The notes below the pieces were generated by a model, which ran no database searches, was not told where the DNA came from, and worked only from the letters and a program-made list of their open reading frames with translations. The position numbers and the translations under genes were made by a program. From a virus (Duplodnaviria; Caudoviricetes), in the IMG/VR virus record IMGVR_UViG_3300021356_000154, positions 1 to 24,991 of that record: DNA of 24,991 bases; one strand, 5' to 3'. Below are positions 23,484-24,991 of the stretch, piece after piece. Positions within the stretch are counted from its first letter, which is position 1; every line of letters starts with the position of its first letter.

Positions 23484-24991
23484 ATGTCTAAAAGTTACGA
23501 AACAGAAAGGAGAATGCGTGCTGCTTCAATCGGCACCATTCTCCCTTGGACAGGAAGTGCAGGAGATAAACCTGATGGTTGGATCGAATGCAATGGACAA
23601 ACACTAGAAGCAATTGACTATCCAGTTCTTGCTTCAGTTATTGGTAACACCTATGGTCCTACTAATGGACTGAATGGTAGAGCTTATGGTGCATACATTC
23701 TTGGAGATCAGTTTAGACTGCCTACACTGAATGGTAGAGTCCTTGCTGATTACGAAGCAGATTATTTGTCTATAACTGCACTGCAGATGGGACAAAATTA
23801 TTCATCTGGTGCTGTCGGTGGTATCAACATTATTCAGGGCGAGGTTGACTTACTTAGAAGTGCTACTAATCCACAAACAATTACTAATGGAACCGCAAAC
23901 TTAGCAAATGGTACTGGAGTTTCTGGTACTGGACTGCAACTTAGTGTAAGTTGCAACTCTGCTGGTAGAGTTGGTATTGATAACGTTGTTGCACCTGGAT
24001 CTGGATTTGCAGCAGGAAATCAATTCACAATCCCTGCATCTTTGTTTGGTTCAAATGCTCAGGAAGATGTTGTTCTTGAAGTTCAGTGGGTTCTACCATC
24101 AGTTGCTGATGTTTTAACACCATCTGGAGCAGGAACTACACAACTTATTGCTGGTAACGGAGACACAACTACTCCACCAACATCAGCAAATGCTACAGCA
24201 GACATTAACTTTGTTGTTTCTGACTCCAGTAATCTAACCGCACAGATTAGAGATTTTAGTATCAACCCACCAGCATACTTCAAATCATTCTATACAGTTC
24301 CTAGAAGACTTTCTAAGGATCACATGCCTTCTCATAGACATGCTAATCCCTCAGGTGAGTCTGGATATAATCGTGCTGACCCTGATGCTGGTTTCGTTGA
24401 AGGATTCCAATGTCCCTCTTTTGGATCTTCTGTAGAAGGAAATCAAAAACAAAAATCACTACAATCACCACGAGATTCTGTTCTTCCTGGAGTTGGATTT
24501 GTTACTACATTTGAGGAAGGAATAACAATTGTTTCTACAGCTGGACCTGCAAAACTAAACACTAATAGTATTGGTGGTGGTCTTGGTGTTGATCAACCTG
24601 TTTGGTCTGGTCCTCATCCTAGACCTTTGAATGGTAACTCTGGTGCTAGTGGAAACTGTAACTACAGAGAAGCAGCAGCAAGTGGATTGTTTACCAATAG
24701 AAAAAACTGGTATGGTAATCAATCAGCAAACCAAATTGCTAATGCTGGCGGTACATCTAAAACATATCCAACAACTCTAAACCACAATGGTGAAGATCAT
24801 ACAGGAATTAGATCTCATAATCACTATAGTTTTGAGGTTTCTATGAACGCTGGATTCTTGAGACCACCAACAATTGTTCCTGTTAACAATTTGCAAATTG
24901 ATAGCACTTTGACTGGTGTAGCAACTAATGTTGCTGCTCAAAACCTCCCTGCAGCACTAAATATCAATGTGGACGTTAAAACTCCATCATT
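23484..24991 (+). CDS. Tail-collar-domain fibre protein, 3'-truncated by window
   Basis: MSKSYETERRMRAASIGTILPWTG...PDGWIECNGQTL...YPVLASVIGNTYG...FRLPTLNGR is a phage tail collar domain. The frame is consistent at the window end (…NINVDVKTPS). Confidence 0.88.
   Translation, partial: MSKSYETERRMRAASIGTILPWTGSAGDKPDGWIECNGQTLEAIDYPVLASVIGNTYGPTNGLNGRAYGAYILGDQFRLPTLNGRVLADYEADYLSITALQMGQNYSSGAVGGINIIQGEVDLLRSATNPQTITNGTANLANGTGVSGTGLQLSVSCNSAGRVGIDNVVAPGSGFAAGNQFTIPASLFGSNAQEDVVLEVQWVLPSVADVLTPSGAGTTQLIAGNGDTTTPPTSANATADINFVVSDSSNLTAQIRDFSINPPAYFKSFYTVPRRLSKDHMPSHRHANPSGESGYNRADPDAGFVEGFQCPSFGSSVEGNQKQKSLQSPRDSVLPGVGFVTTFEEGITIVSTAGPAKLNTNSIGGGLGVDQPVWSGPHPRPLNGNSGASGNCNYREAAASGLFTNRKNWYGNQSANQIANAGGTSKTYPTTLNHNGEDHTGIRSHNHYSFEVSMNAGFLRPPTIVPVNNLQIDSTLTGVATNVAAQNLPAALNINVDVKTPS

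Noticed and set aside
13671-24991. Diversity-generating retroelement, intron or intein in the fibre genes
   Set aside because: No reverse transcriptase, adenine-variant repeat pair, homing endonuclease or intein motifs were noticed, although a subtle repeat could be missed by eye.

Overview
This window is a segment of a T4-like cyanophage (cyanomyovirus) genome; all supported genes are on the + strand. It has three parts. (1) 1-10094 is a tail/baseplate hub operon: tail-tube-family gene (partial), gp26-like chaperone with a probable -1 frameshift into the gp51-like ORF, tape-measure-like protein with an M23 peptidase, gp27-like hub, cp12, and a split gp5 (OB-fold/Calx-beta protein plus beta-helix spike). 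(2) 10100-13620 is an accessory and RNA island: small outer-membrane beta-barrel, tRNA-Leu, cpeT bilin lyase, a circularly permuted two-piece tmRNA, tRNA-Thr/Ala/Asn, an unassigned structured RNA, a JmjC/cupin oxygenase, a glutaredoxin-like protein and small hypotheticals. (3) 13671-end holds a 3267-aa virion/tail-fibre protein and a tail-collar protein cut off by the window end. The most notable observation is that the giant virion protein contains two tandem segments that align by eye with phycobiliproteins and keep both the Cys-82/84 and beta-Cys-153 equivalents, close to a T-type bilin lyase. This suggests, untested, a phage-encoded bilin-attachment system acting on a virion protein. All calls come from reading the sequence by eye; no searches were run.
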